A DNA stretch of 64,000 nt from the human T2T-CHM13v2.0 reference genome, Homo sapiens. A program made the translations under genes and the position numbers. The stretch's first letter is position 1; each line of letters starts with the position of its first letter. Location of the stretch: the NCBI RefSeq assembly GCF_009914755.1, contig NC_060941.1, one strand, 5' to 3'. Below are positions 1 through 21,372 of this stretch, piece by piece. Under the pieces are notes generated by a model. It made no database searches. It saw nothing but the letters and a program-made list of their open reading frames with translations, and had not been told where the DNA came from.

Positions 1-571
1 TAAGAAATAATTTGAGGCCAATCCATAGAGAAAAGTGAAAGCAAGTTTATTAGAAAAGTAAAGAAACAAGAGAATGGCTACTCCATAGGCAAAGCAGCCC
101 TGAGGGCTGCTGGCTGGCCACTTTTATGGTCATTTCCTGATTATATGCTAAAGAAGGGGTGGATTATTCATGAATTTTCTAGGAAAGGGGTGGGTAATTC
201 CCGGAACTGAGAGTTCCTCCCCTTCATAGACTATATAGGGTAACTTCTTGACATTGCCATGGCATTTGTAAACTGTTATGGTGCTGGTAGGAGTGTCTTT
301 TAGCGAGCTAATGCCTTATAATTAGCATATAATGAGCAGTGAGGATGACCAGAGGTCACTTTCATTGCCATTTTCCATTTGGTGGGTTTTGGCCGGCTTC
401 TTTACCTCAGCCTGCTTTATCAGCAAGGTCTTTCTGACCTGTATCTTATGTGACCTCCTATCTCATCTTGTGATTTAGAATGCCTAACCTGCGAATGCAG
501 CCCAGTAGGTCTCAGCCTTATTTTACCCAGCCTCTATTCAAAATAGAGTTGCTCTGGTTCAGATGACTGAT
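1..571 (-). mobile_element. MER41-family (MER41B-like) ERV1 solo LTR, truncated by the window start
   Basis: Reverse complement follows the recalled MER41B consensus (GAACCAGAGCAACTC...GGGTAAAATAAGGCTGAGACCTACTGGGCTGCATTC...TGCCATGGCAA...AATAAACTTGCTTTCACTTT). Confidence 0.85.
177..206. promoter_or_regulatory. Tandem GAS (STAT) motifs TTCTAGGAA (177-185) and TTCCCGGAA (198-206) inside MER41B
   Basis: Both match TTCNNNGAA exactly, at the position typical of the MER41B tandem GAS module. Confidence 0.65.
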
Positions 572-908
572 AAATTGATTGAATATTGCTTACCAGTGGT
601 TTGAGCTTCCTTGCTGTACTTAGCTAGTGTTTTATTAAGTAAGGCTATGTTTGTACTAGGAACACTAATTTCTGAAGGGGATATAAATTTTTCCAGTTTA
701 TATGAGCAGCACTTAGTGGTCATTAAATTGGATACTACTACATTAAGAAACTACCATTGCAGAATTCTCTATGAGTATGGCATTATAATCCAGATTGGTT
801 TAAAATGTTAGCTAAACTGAATCAAAGAAACTGTACTGAGTTCCTATTAAGCAGCTAACTTGTTTATGTTCAATTGTTGCTTAGAAGCCTTTGTATTCTG
901 TTTGAGTT

Positions 909-1217
909 GTTAAAACTTCAGACAAACTAAATTCAACAGAGTTTAACTGAACAAAGAATGATTTGCAGATCAGCAGCCTCTGGAACTAGAATAGGTTCAG
1001 AGTGACTCTGGGGTAGCTACATGGTTGGATAGTATTTGTGGACAGAAACAGCAAAGTGACATACAGAAAATGGAAGTGAGGTACAGGCCAGGCCCAGTGG
1101 CTTACACCTATAATCCCAGCACTTTAGGAGGCCAAGGCAGGAGGATTGCTTGAGCCCAGGAGTTTGAGACCACCCTGGGCAACATAGGGAGACCCCATCT
1201 CTTAAAAAAAAAAATAT

Positions 1218-1248
<31 letters not shown>

Positions 1249-1674
1249 TATGCAGGTGTACCACTCATGCCTGTGGTCCTAGCTACTCAGGAGACTGAGG
1301 TGGGAGGATCGCTTGAACCTGGGAGGTTGAGGCTGCAGTGAGCTATGATCACACCACTGCACCCCAGCCTAGGTGGCAGAGGGAGACCTTGTCTCAAAAA
1401 AAAAAAAAAAAAAAACAAAAAAAAAACAGGGAAGTGAGGTGTAGAAAGAGCTAGATTGGTTGCAGCCTAGTGTTTGCCTTATTTGAGCAGTTGGCTGCCT
1501 ATGACTGGCTGAAACTGGGCTGCTGTGATTGGCTGAGACTGGGCTACTTGTTACAAGAGTAGGTTAAAGTTTGTTTGCACATCCAGTTAGGTTACAGGTC
1601 ACTAGCTATGGAGGAACATTTAGGCTAAACTTAAAATATGTAAGGAGGCAGCTTTAGGCTAAACTTCTTATAAC
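909..1674 (-). mobile_element. MER57-family ERV1 LTR interrupted by an Alu
   Basis: Reverse complement starts TGTTATAAGAAGTTTAGCCTAAAGCTGCCTCCTTACATATTTTAAG (MER57 5' end); ggaagtgaggt is duplicated on either side of the Alu. Confidence 0.7.
1086..1427 (+). mobile_element. Old (AluJ-type) Alu with a (TA)n(GATA)n expansion in the central linker
   Basis: GGCCAGGC... head, two arms, polyA tail; microsatellite at ~1213-1250. Confidence 0.9.
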
Positions 1675-1799
1675 AAGGTGATTAGAGCTAAGCTTAGGGA
1701 TCTCTTCATCTCTTAGACAGTATTAGAATCCTTCCTGTTTAAAGTTCCAGCTAAAGGATTTTTTTTTTTACATGACCCCCTATTTGATGCACTTAAGAG

Positions 1800-2015
1800 T
1801 TAAGAATGTGGGCTTCAGAGTCTGAGTACGTTGGTTGAAATCTCTTTTCCACCATTTGCTAGCCATGTGACTTCACGTACTTTTCTTATTTAGCAAATGA
1901 AAATAACTGTCATACCTACCTCCGGATTGCTGTGAGGATGAAATGAGATCATGGGTATGGAGAATGTGTATTTCAGTGTCTGGCACATTGCAAATACTTA
2001 AAAAAGTTAGTAATT
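1800..2015 (+). mobile_element. MIR fragment
   Basis: MIR core-like text (tagccatgtgactt...ttgctgtgaggatgaaatgagat...tggcacat). Confidence 0.6.
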
Positions 2016-4861
2016 GTTATTAATATTTTTCCTTTTCAATAGCCATGTATGGTACTGTGAACCCAGAAAATCTGAGACAGGTCTTAGTTAATTCAGAGAG
2101 TTTATTTTGCCAAGGTTGAGGATGTGCCCATGACACAGCCTCAGGAGGTCCTGATGACATGTGCCCAGGGTGGTCAGGGCACAACTTGATTTTATACATT
2201 TTAGGGAGACATGAGACATCAATCAATATATGTAAGAAGTACTTTAATTCCATCTAGAAAGGCAGGACCACTCAAAGTGGGGCCCCCCCTTCAGGGGCTT
2301 CCAGGTCACAGATAGGTGAGAGACAAATGGTTGCATTCTTTTGAGTTTCTGATGAGACTTCCAAAGGAGGCAATCGGAATATGCATCTATCTCTGTGAGC
2401 AGAGGGATGACTTTGAATAGAATGGGAGGCAGGTTTGCCCTGAACAGTTCCCAGCTAGAAGGAGCCCAAGATATTTTCCTTTCACATTTCCCCACTTTTC
2501 TTTTTTAAAATCATTTGGAGAAAGCATTTTAGAAGAAAATGAATCTCTGGTCTCAAGTTTCATCTGATCTCTCATGGTTAGGATGGTTTATTCCTAGTTA
2601 GTTAGGTCCTGAAAGCTCATTCTTAGCAGGTTGTGAAGTCTCATGTCCTGTGAAGAGAAAATGGGGGGAGGAAGGGAGAAAAACAACAACAAACAAAAGA
2701 ACAATCCTGGAAAAATCGATATTGGCCACATTACTCTGAAGTCCACACATTAGTAGGCAGGTATGAAAGTGGCTTATGTATGTAAATAGGTTGCTATTAT
2801 TTTCTTCTGAAGTGTAAGTTGTCTGGCTTCAGTTTGCAGGGCTTTAAGAAAGCACAGCTTAGTTTTCAGTGACTCCAAATTAGGAAAAATGGAAAAAAAA
2901 AAGGAAAAAAACTGAAAACATTATTTTGAAGACTTATAGCCAAGAAAAATTAGAATTCAGTTCAAACTGTAGAAAATAATAAAAATTGGAAAAACATTAG
3001 GCAAGACTAGACTCCAACAACAGGTTTACTATAGTTTTGAAACATAATTTTTCTCTCTCTGGTTTCCCAATTTTGCCAAAGACAAGTCACGCTAGGACTG
3101 GTTTGCTTTATTATACTTGACCTAATTATTTGTATACAGTGCAGCAAGAATAATTTTTTTTTACATACACTTTTAAATTGCTTTGATGGAACTTGTTCCA
3201 TAGGAGGAATCTCAGATAAGACTTTCTAAAGCTGAGCCATGATTTGTGTCATCAAATACCTATGAGCTGGGTGAATTTCCTCACCTCTTTAGGTTCCAAG
3301 ATAAACCTGGGGCTTCTGGGACTGTCAGAAAGTGACATTCTTTACTTACCACAGGTCAGAAACCCTGTACATGGACTGTATACACAAAATACGAGGCCAG
3401 ATTTTCCAGGGGCTTTACTGGCTCTATATGTCACGTTTGATTCCTTAAAGGAAAGCACTCCATTCCAGTCAAAGCCTTGGTAAAATAACCAGTTTCTCCA
3501 ATTGTGTCCTGCTACAAATGAAAACACAGTCTTACAGCACTGATGCAAATAACTGTATTGCCATAAGAATACTCATAAATAGTTTCCAGATTCTGGAGTA
3601 ATCAGGTAGAGAGAAACAAATATGTTCCAAATTTTGTTCATAGGAGTATGCTGAATTGTTAAAAGCTGTCAGTAGCTCAAAAGAAAAGTTTTGAGACTCT
3701 GAAAAACAAAACAAAGGATCAGCAAACATTTTAAGCAAAAATTCAGTCCATGCAGTTAATTCCTGTTCTGCTTGATACTCATGAACATTTTAGCTCTCCG
3801 TGAGTCCTGGAAGTTTTTCCTCTATTCTGATATCACAATCTCTAAAGTTATGAGAAACCTGCATTCAAGAGCACCTGTTAGAGTTTTGTAGCTGATTATA
3901 AAATCACCTTCTAAAGAGGACCAAAACAAGACAACAATTGTCTGTGGATGACAAAAAGTTTTAGGGCAGCCATAGTCAAAGACAATTGACAAGGAAATTT
4001 GTTACCTCTGTGACACACAATAATTTTATGATTATTACTGATAATGTATACTAAGTTATATCAGAATTATAGGAGTTTCACATAATTTTGGAACACATAC
4101 CAATAACATATTTATACAAATACAGCCCAAAGGAAACCAAACACCATTTCATATTTGACAATGCCTCCTGTATAATTTTTGGACCAGATAAGCCAAATTA
4201 TGTTATTTTTTGGACTTTAGGGAACCTCTAATGTCTTAAAGGATTAATTAGGTCAGAAAAAGACATAATTTATTATTTGATTTGGGAAAGTTTGTCAAAT
4301 ATCAAAGGTTTTAAACACTTGATATCACAAAATAGGATCACAGGTCTTTGTAAAATAAGTCATCCATTTAACCAAAATGATAAGGATTTCAAAAACAAAA
4401 AGGTGAAAACCTTTATTTGTTGAGAGAGAAGAATTAATTTTGCAAACAATAAGCCTTAATAAAACCAGCATGAAGCCAATTAAATTTGTTTTTTAAAATT
4501 TTATAAATAATCTATAAGATTTTAATCTTGACCGTAAGATATAGCTTCCATAAGCCTTTTATAACCTTTATTAAGGAGTTGGTTAATGCTTCAAGAAAAC
4601 CTAACTAATCTGACACAGGGGCCCATATGCTGGTCTTGCATCAGTGTGCCTTTGACATTAATAATTAATTTATAGAGAAACTGAACTTATTTTATCTTTC
4701 AAAATTGGCCGTTACAATCTTACGTGCCCACCTCTTCCACAATAGTCCCTGGGCTTTGAGGAGTTGAATAGCTTTAACTTTTTGCCTTGTGTGTCAGGAA
4801 TGCAGTTTATTTTGATGGGCATCTTCTATGGGGCCTGAAGACAAGGCTTTAATTGCAGTCA

Positions 4862-7391
<2,530 letters not shown>

Positions 7392-7851
7392 AACATCCCT
7401 CCTTCTTAAACAACCAGTCATTTTATTTTAGGACTAAATTTACCATACAATATTCTTTCTCGTAAAATTATTTTTCTTTAAGCTTTCTTACCACACATAC
7501 AAAAATCCTATTTATTTTTAAAACTTTCTTTACATCTCTTTTTATTTTCTGGTTCCTTTTACCTTGTTTTATATGTAACCTTTAAGTAAGCTGTGAATTA
7601 GACAAAACTTGTTCACCCTTTTTTAAAAAGGACACATCCTTCTGTTTTTTTAGCAAGAATGTTTTCCTACAATATATATTTATTGGAAAATACCCAAATA
7701 ATTAAATACCTATTATTTAATTTAATATAACTTTATATTCTAAATTATGACCAGTTTATCTACAGGTATTTATCCCATTACATTTACCTAATTATTTTAT
7801 TTGTTTACGTACATTATTTATGAAAACTATGATAGTCATAATTTAAAGTTA

Positions 7852-8095
7852 TGAAACCACCATTGCAAAATTGTAACAGTGAAAAATGATTTGACCTAAC
7901 TAAACTTCATCTTGCTCTTAACCTCCAATCTGTCCTTGTTCATTCCTGGGCATAGGCTGAACTAACTTTGGGAGGAACTTATAGTTTAGCTTTGAAACAA
8001 AGATGATAACAGTCCTTTCCCAAAAGAAACCTCCTTATTGCCTGTGGACTAGACTGCCTAAAGCCATGAGGTTAGAAGTTATGGTAATTTTACCA
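7852..8095 (+). mobile_element. LTR8-like 5' fragment within the MER4 internal region
   Basis: tgaaaccaccattgcaaaatt...ctgtccttgttcattcctgggcataggctgaactaactttggg resembles the recalled LTR8 start. Confidence 0.6.
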
Positions 8096-8263
8096 TATTT
8101 AAGATGCAGCTATTTTCATTAAACCAGTATTAATGTCTTATTTATTAAAAATTACACAAGCGAAGATCATTCTGTTTTGGGCTGGGTTTAATGTTTTGTA
8201 ACCCCCGTGCCGTATTTTGACACCTTAATGTATCTGGCAGAGAACTATGAAACTGCTTGATTA

Positions 8264-9190
<927 letters not shown>

Positions 9191-9355
9191 CAGATTCTTG
9201 ATAACTTGTTTTACAACCCTGGGCAGCTGTCAGCTACGTAGCCTTAAATTTGCATGTTAAAGGAACCAACTCAGGTGAAAGTCAAATAGCAAAGTTTACA
9301 TTATAAGGTGCGGAGAGAAAAAGTTTGGGTTATAGAAATTTTAAAGGCCTTTTAA

Positions 9356-9358
<3 letters not shown>

Positions 9359-9414
<56 letters not shown>
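9359..9414. repeat. Long perfect (CA)n microsatellite
   Basis: About 28 uninterrupted AC units. Confidence 0.95.
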
Positions 9415-9418
<4 letters not shown>

Positions 9419-10900
9419 GACACCCTATAGCTTTTACTTCAGAACTTTTTGCCACTAGATAAATAGAAATTTACTGGCTTGCAAAAATATCTTGTTGGAT
9501 CTAAACAGTGGTTTTTATCTTAATAGAAAAATAACAGCAGATTGAGAGCAGGCAGAAAAGAAAAAATAGAGAAAAAGAGTACTTAGGAACTCTGTAGTTT
9601 GCAGGTCAACCTTAGGCCTCCTTTTCCTTAATGTGAATGTGCACAGAGACCATATTATTTCCATTTTACATAAACTTTGGCAAGTAGAGGTGCCATAAAA
9701 CCTATGGAATGCTCAAAAGGGGTCATTCTCCTTTTCTCCTCATTCTTCGATTATTTGCTTCCTGCCCTTTTTCTTTTTTTTCTTAAAAGGGGGAACTGAG
9801 CTTGTAGCCTAGGGTTTTTGTGTGGTGGATCAATATGTGCTCCTTGTGGGCAGGACTACACAGTATGTCAGCACTGAGTCGCTTCCACCCTTTTACATGT
9901 CTCAGTTTCTCTCTCCAGAGGTCTGTGACCTCAGAGAGGGCTCAGAACACTGGGTGATCAGTCCTTATATGCGATTCCTGGACGAGCCATTTTAAAAATT
10001 AATTTCTGTTGGGGATTTCCCTGCAAGCCTGCTGCATGTCATTGTCGGGGGCGGAACTTAACCCCCAGACACCCCCAGGAGGCCACCGGTCACCCAGGGG
10101 TGCCTTCTGGCTGGGAGGAGCAAAACACCCTTTTTCTTCTCAACTGACAAAACTCAGTCTCTCATTAACATATGAAAACAGCAGTTCAATTTCTCACACA
10201 AATGCACACAGAAAAACTGAATTAACATTAAATTTGAGAGAAAAAGCAATAGGGAAGAGCCTTTAGAATGCATCTCTGAACTAGAATTAGGTTCCTTAAC
10301 AACTTCAGACAGGAACAAATAGCAAAAACAAACACACACACAAAACAGCAATAGGATCACTGAGCGCTCCAATGGTAAGGAGGAATTACGACCAGTTAGT
10401 TGTTAATATTAACTTTAACCAAGACAAACCCCAGTTCAGTTACTTACCTAGGGATGAGTCTCAGGCTGAAGACTGGTTTCTACCAGCAAGAAAGCAAAAA
10501 AAAAAAAAAAAAAAAAAAAGCAACCTCATCTCAAACTCCACAAAGGAGTTACTACTGCCTTCCATCATTATGGAAGCAGGAAAATCACTTGCCTTGTGCT
10601 GGAAGCAGGTAAAACTCCAAAAAAAAAAAGAGGAGTTATACAGCAAAATAAACTTTAGATCTCGATCAAATTTTGGGAGATCAGGGATTCTCTGGAAGGA
10701 GTGCTCTCAGATCCCAGCAAATCGTCCTATTGGTTTGTGCCATAAAGGTAGCTGATGCTGGTACCAAGCACCAATAGGAAATTTGTCAAAGGTCAAGGGC
10801 ATCTCCACTCAGAATACCCCCATGGTTACCAAAATGTGAACCCAGAAAATCTGAGACAGGTCTCAGTTAATTTAGAAAGTTTATTTTGCCAAGGTTGAGG

Positions 10901-11377
10901 TGTAGCAGGACAAGCTGCGGACAAAACCCCTCAGACACCAAGATAGTGAAGGGAGTGGCTTTCATCAGCTGGGAGCATCGGCAGGCTAGTGTCTTAAAAT
11001 CCGAGCTCTTCAGGTGCTCAACTTCTGTCCCTTTTAAGGACTCACAACTCTAAGGGGGTCCACGTGAGAGGGTCATGATCGATTGAGCAAGCCAGAGGGT
11101 ACGTGACAGGGGCTGCAAGCACCGGTGGTCAGAGTGAAACAGAACAGAACGGGAGGTTTCACAGTGTCTTTCCATACCGTGTCTGGAATCTATAGATAAC
11201 ATCAGTTGCTAGGTCAGGGGTCGAATTTTAACTACCAGGCTTAGGTCAGGCAGGCCCAGGCCTGGTTTCCGGTCTGGTTCCTAGGCACCGGGCTACCTGT
11301 CTTTAGTTTCGCTTCTCTTTCCTTTTCTGAGTATAAAACAATATAAAACAATATGAGAGGGTCTCTCTCTTCCTTCA
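10901..11377 (-). mobile_element. LTR2-family (LTR2B/2C; HERV-E/Harlequin) solo LTR nested in the MER4A 5' LTR
   Basis: TG...CA ends (minus strand TGAAGGAAGAGAGAGACCCTCTCATATTG...TCCTGCTACA); perfect GAGG TSD (10897-10900 / 11378-11381); the sister LTR has a single GAGG at the same site. Confidence 0.85.
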
Positions 11378-11804
11378 GAGGATGTGCCCATGACACAGCC
11401 TCAGAAAGTCCTGAAGACATGTGCCCAAGGTGGTTGGGGAACAGCTTAGTTTTATATATTTTAGGAAGACATGAGACATCAATCAGTATATGTAAGAAGT
11501 ACATTAGTTCCATCCAGAAATGCAGGGACAACTCAAAGCAAGCAAGCTCTCCCACCCCCTCACCCCCCTCCCCCGCCCCGCCGTTACCCTGGGGGCTTCC
11601 AGGTCACAGGTAGGTGAGAGACAATTGATAACATTCTTTTGAGTTTCTGAAGTCTTTCCAAAGGAGGCAATCAGAATATGCATCTATCTCTGTGAGCAAA
11701 GGGATGGCTATGAATAGAATAGGTAGATTTGTCTTGAGCAGTTCCTAGCTTGAAGGAGCCCAAGATATTTTCCTTTCACAGTAATAGGCTAAAAATTACT
11801 TGGG

Positions 11805-12232
11805 GTTTTGTTTGTATGTTTGTTTTGAGGTGGCGTCTTGCTATGTTGCCCAGACTGGAGTGCCGTGGCACAATCTTGGCTCATCACAACCTCCACCTCC
11901 TGGGTTCAAGTGATTCTCTTGCCTCAGCCTCCTGAGCAGCTAGGATTACAGGCACCTGCCACCACGCCCAGCTAATTTTTGTATTTTTAGTAGAGACAGG
12001 GTTTCACCATGTTGGCCAGGCTAGTCTCGAACTCGACCTCAGGTGATCCGCCCACCTCGGCTTCCCAAAGTGCTGGGATTACAGGTGTGAGCCACCGCAC
12101 CCAGCCTAATTTTTGTATTTTTAGTAGAGATGGGGTTTCACCCTGTTGGCCAAGCTGGTCTTGAACTCCTGATCTCAAGTGATCTGCAGCCTTGGCCTCC
12201 CAAAATGCTGGGATTACAGGCATGAGCCACTG
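11805..12232 (-). mobile_element. Alu dimer plus an extra left monomer
   Basis: Full Alu followed by a second ctaatttttgtatttttagtagaga...gggattacaggcatgagccac arm. Confidence 0.85.
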
Positions 12233-13321
12233 TGTCTATCCAAAATTACTTGCTTTTAAAGTATGATTTGGACATCTGTGTAATATTGTTTCACTCAAAG
12301 CTGTCATGTGAGAAATAGCCACAGGATGGGCAAAATGTTAATTATATTAGAAATAAAAATGTACTTCAGATTTGTGAAGTTGGCATATATAGTGTTTTCT
12401 ACAACATTTTCAAAGGAATGAAGGATTGTGACATTACAGCATTTTGTAATATATAAAAAGCACCTGAAAGGAGCATAGTTCCTCTCTCCCTATCAATTGT
12501 CAAGTATTTACAGAGGGTCAGTTTTTTTCCTCTCATTTTAACCCACGAGATTTACAAATTATGATAGTAAAATAGTGGTTCTCATATACCTGTGTGTGCC
12601 CCTTCTGAGGATCCAATCTGGCAGCTTGCACAAAAGAGTTGTAGTTATTGCTGACTGCTGACTCTTCGGGGTAGCAATTGGGGTGCTGAAATCCCAGTTA
12701 CTGAAAACGAGAAGATTACAGCGAGGGAGCCTAACATGTTAAAAGTGTTTGCTCTTTTTCACATCTGCTTTTCATTTGCTTATCATTTCAGATGTTTATT
12801 CAGCATCAAGCTTGTGCATGGCACAGGAAACAGAGAGATGAATCAAGTGGCCTTTCTTAGGCCACCAGAGAGAGACCACCTGTGGACAGGTCAAGTGCAA
12901 CCAAGGGTTCTAAGAGCTATGGCAGGAGGCTCCAGACAATTCTGGGCTTTCTCATGATCTAATTTCTTACTATCAGGTTGAGAAACACTCACCTGATGTA
13001 GACATGCAGCAGTAGAGGATGCTTGTAGCAGCTGAGGACAGGTCTGAGGACAGATCATTCCAGCAGACTCCATTCAACATGTAATGCTTTATAGTGAATG
13101 AGGAACTGTTACCTCTTTACGTCTTATCTTATAAGTGCCTAGAGATGCAGGTAGAATGAGAATCTACTCATTCTGGAGGTGAGAAAACTGGGGCCCAAAG
13201 GGGATAAGTTCCCAAATCAAACAGAGGAAGTAAATGGTGGCAACATTTTTACTCCAAATAAGTTGCTCCAACATGCAGTAACTATAAAACTAACAAGCAT
13301 TTCATTTGTCATGCTGGACTA

Positions 13322-14213
<892 letters not shown>

Positions 14214-14461
14214 AGAAAATCAACCTGTAAATTTTTAAATTATAGTACTTAATGGAGTGCTTCTCAGTAACTCTTCAGAAAACGTGTTTAAAAAGAAAAC
14301 ATTTAAATGCAGGTTTATGGGAAAATGTTACATTTCTTAGTATGTTCCATGTGGTAGAATATTGTACTGTGTAGAAGCATCTCAATTAATGAAAAGGGGA
14401 ATTTTAAAAGGTCACTTCATTTTCCATTGCTGGATAAGGAGAGATAAAGAAATTTAAACTA

Positions 14462-14818
14462 CAGATGGTTCCCAACTTATGATGGTTCTACTCAACCATT
14501 TTTCAACTTTATGATGGTGCAAAAGTCATATGCATGTAGAAACTATACTCAAGTACCTATACACCCATTCTATTTTTCACTTTCAGTACAGTATTAATAA
14601 ATCACATGAAATAATCAACACTTTATTATAAAATAGGTTTATCTGAGATGATTTTGCTTAACTGTAGGCTAATGTAAGCATTCTGAGCATGTTTAAGTTA
14701 GGTTAGGCTAAGGTATGATGTTTAGTAGGTTAGGTGTATTAAATGTATTTTTATTTATGGTATTTTCAACTTATGATGGGTTTATTGAGACAATCCCATG
14801 TAAATTGAGGAGCATCTG
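14462..14818 (-). mobile_element. MER47A-like Tigger-family non-autonomous DNA transposon
   Basis: Terminal inverted repeats cagatggttcccaacttatgatgg / ...aattgaggagcatctg, TA target duplications at 14460-61 and 14819-20, ~357 bp. Confidence 0.85.
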
Positions 14819-15001
14819 TAGTTGATTTGGTTGCCCATTAATGTTGGGCACAAGGAAGAATAATAATTTATCCATTTTCTTCGTTCGTTCTCTTTACTGT
14901 TTCTTATATTACCTAACACCCCCTCAGATAGATAACCCAGCAGTTGTGGTAATAATATCATTTAACTAGACCAAATAAAAGGCCTCCTAACCTACATATA
15001 A

Positions 15002-15311
15002 GCCTGGGCACTGTAGCATAGTACATGTTTGTAATCCCAGCACTTTGGGAGGCTGAGGCAGGCAGATTGCCTGAACTCAGGAGCTCAAGACCAGCCTGGG
15101 CAACATGGCAAAACCAGATCTCTACAGAAAATTATCTGGGCACACTGGTGTGCACCTGTAGTCCCAGCTACTTGGGAGGTTGTGGTGAGAGGATCATTTG
15201 AGCCCCGGAGGTCAAGGCTGCAGTGAGCTGAGATCACACTACTGCACTCCAGCCTGGGTGACGGAGTGAGACCTTGTCTCAGAAAACAAAAACAAAACAG
15301 AAAACAAAAAA
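15002..15311 (+). mobile_element. AluJ-type element
   Basis: Diverged Alu with (CAAAA)n tail. Confidence 0.85.
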
Positions 15312-16257
15312 CATGCATATACCTATTTAATCCTTTCTGCAGTCTTATAAGGTAGATATTAGATACATTTTGCAGATGAGGAAACTGGCAGAAACATTAA
15401 GTAACTTGTTCAAAGGCACTCACTTAGTATGATGTTGGTATTTGATCCAAGGTCTGCCTGGTTCCAACAATAGTTTGCTATATCAAGCATTTGAAATGGT
15501 CATTCACACCTCAAATTTATTTATATCTCAGTAGAAAAATGGCAGCTAGCAACTTGATCTTAAGCAAAAAGCAAGTCAGACTTGAATTTAAAGAGAAATT
15601 ATTTTATGGAAAAAACAATGAATTGCAAGAAACAAAATGTGGTTTCTTACTGAATAAGAAGGAAGATGTGGTTGGACAACTATAGCAACTGACCCCAGGC
15701 CAAGGGTACTGGTTAGTGAGGAAACGTTAATTCTTACAACAAGAGGAAAGTTTTGCAATGATCTACTGTCTTTTTCTCATAAACTTGGAATTAAGGATAT
15801 TTCCTTTTTCCCCAAACATTTTTTATTTAACTTGGCAAATATAATGTCTTAAAAGGCATCTCTTCTTGAAAGTTTCTAATTGCCGTGCACTACTATGAAG
15901 ACATTTGGATAGGATTATTTCAGAGACATAATTTCTGTGTGATTAGGGTTTTTTGTCTATTTTATCAAGATTTTAATTTCTAGCAGTGGGATAATTATAT
16001 TAATAAGTTCTTGGGAAATTTGTGGCGCTTAGAGTCTGTTGAGGTGCTGAACAGAGCTGGGGGTCTTGCTGTAGCCAGTGATCTCAGGACATTTTAAACG
16101 CTGCCACTGTTGTAGGCCAAAACCAGTGTGCCTTATATCAGTGAAGACTCTGAAGCCTTGGGCTATGGCAGAACTTGGGGCCCTGAAGTACACATGGAAG
16201 TCAGCCCACTGAACATGGGCTGACAAAAAGAGTGGAGAAATAAGAATATATATTTGG

Positions 16258-20407
<4,150 letters not shown>

Positions 20408-20650
20408 GAAGTTGCCACTTGTTCCTAACAAGTAAAAAGCTTAACAAACTGAAAAATCAACTCTTCTTTGATACATCAGAGACATGAAATCATACCGCAC
20501 ACAGTTGCCCCCAAAATAAAAGACAGATAGGTGGATACATGGAATCACACTTACTGGAGCAGAAACCTCTGTGGGAACCAGTCCTGTGGTAGGAAAACAT
20601 GAAGTGTAATTGACAAATTGCTGGAGACTCAGTGTGGACAAGTCTGAGAG

Positions 20651-21372
20651 TGATTTAGTTGAATGTTGTTCCCACTAAAATCTCATGTTCAATTGTAATC
20701 CCCAACGTTGGAGATGGGGTATGGTGGAAGGTGATTGGATCATGAGGAATCTTATGAAATGGTTTAATGCCATCCTCCTGGTGCTGTCCTCGCAACAGTG
20801 AGTGAGTTTTCACAAGATCTGGCTGTGTAAAAGTTTGTGGCATCTTTCCCCCTTGTTCTCTCTCGCTCCCACGCTCAACTACTCCCTGTTCACCATCCAC
20901 CATGATTGTAAGCTTCTTGAGGCCTCCCCAAAAGCTGAGCAGATGCCAGCACCATGTTTGCTGTGAAGCCTGCAGAACCATCAGCCAATTAAATCTCTTT
21001 TCTTTATGAATTACCTAGCTTCGGGTGTTGTTTTTTTATTTTTATTTTTTGAGAAAGGATCTCACTGTGTCACCCAGGCCAGAGTGTACTGTCCTGATCT
21101 CAGCTCACTGTAGCCTCAGCCTCCTGGGCTCAAGTGATCCTCCTGCCTCAGCCTCCTGAGTACCTGAGACAACAGGCACATGCCACCACACCTGCCTTAT
21201 TTTTGTATTTTTTGAAGAGACGGGATTTCACCACATTGCCCAGGCTAGTGTCGAACTCCTGGACTCAAGCAATATGCCTGCCTCAGCCTCCCAAAGTGTT
21301 GGGATTACAGGTGTGAACCACCACACCCAGCCCAGGTGTTTCTTTATAGCAATGCAAGAACAGTGTAACACA
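20651..21372 (+). mobile_element. MST-type MaLR LTR with internal minus-strand Alu (~21030-21333)
   Basis: tgatttagttg...aaatctcatgtt..ttgtaatcccc..., ends gcaatgcaagaacagtgtaacaca; 5-bp flanks gagag/gaaag. Confidence 0.75.
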
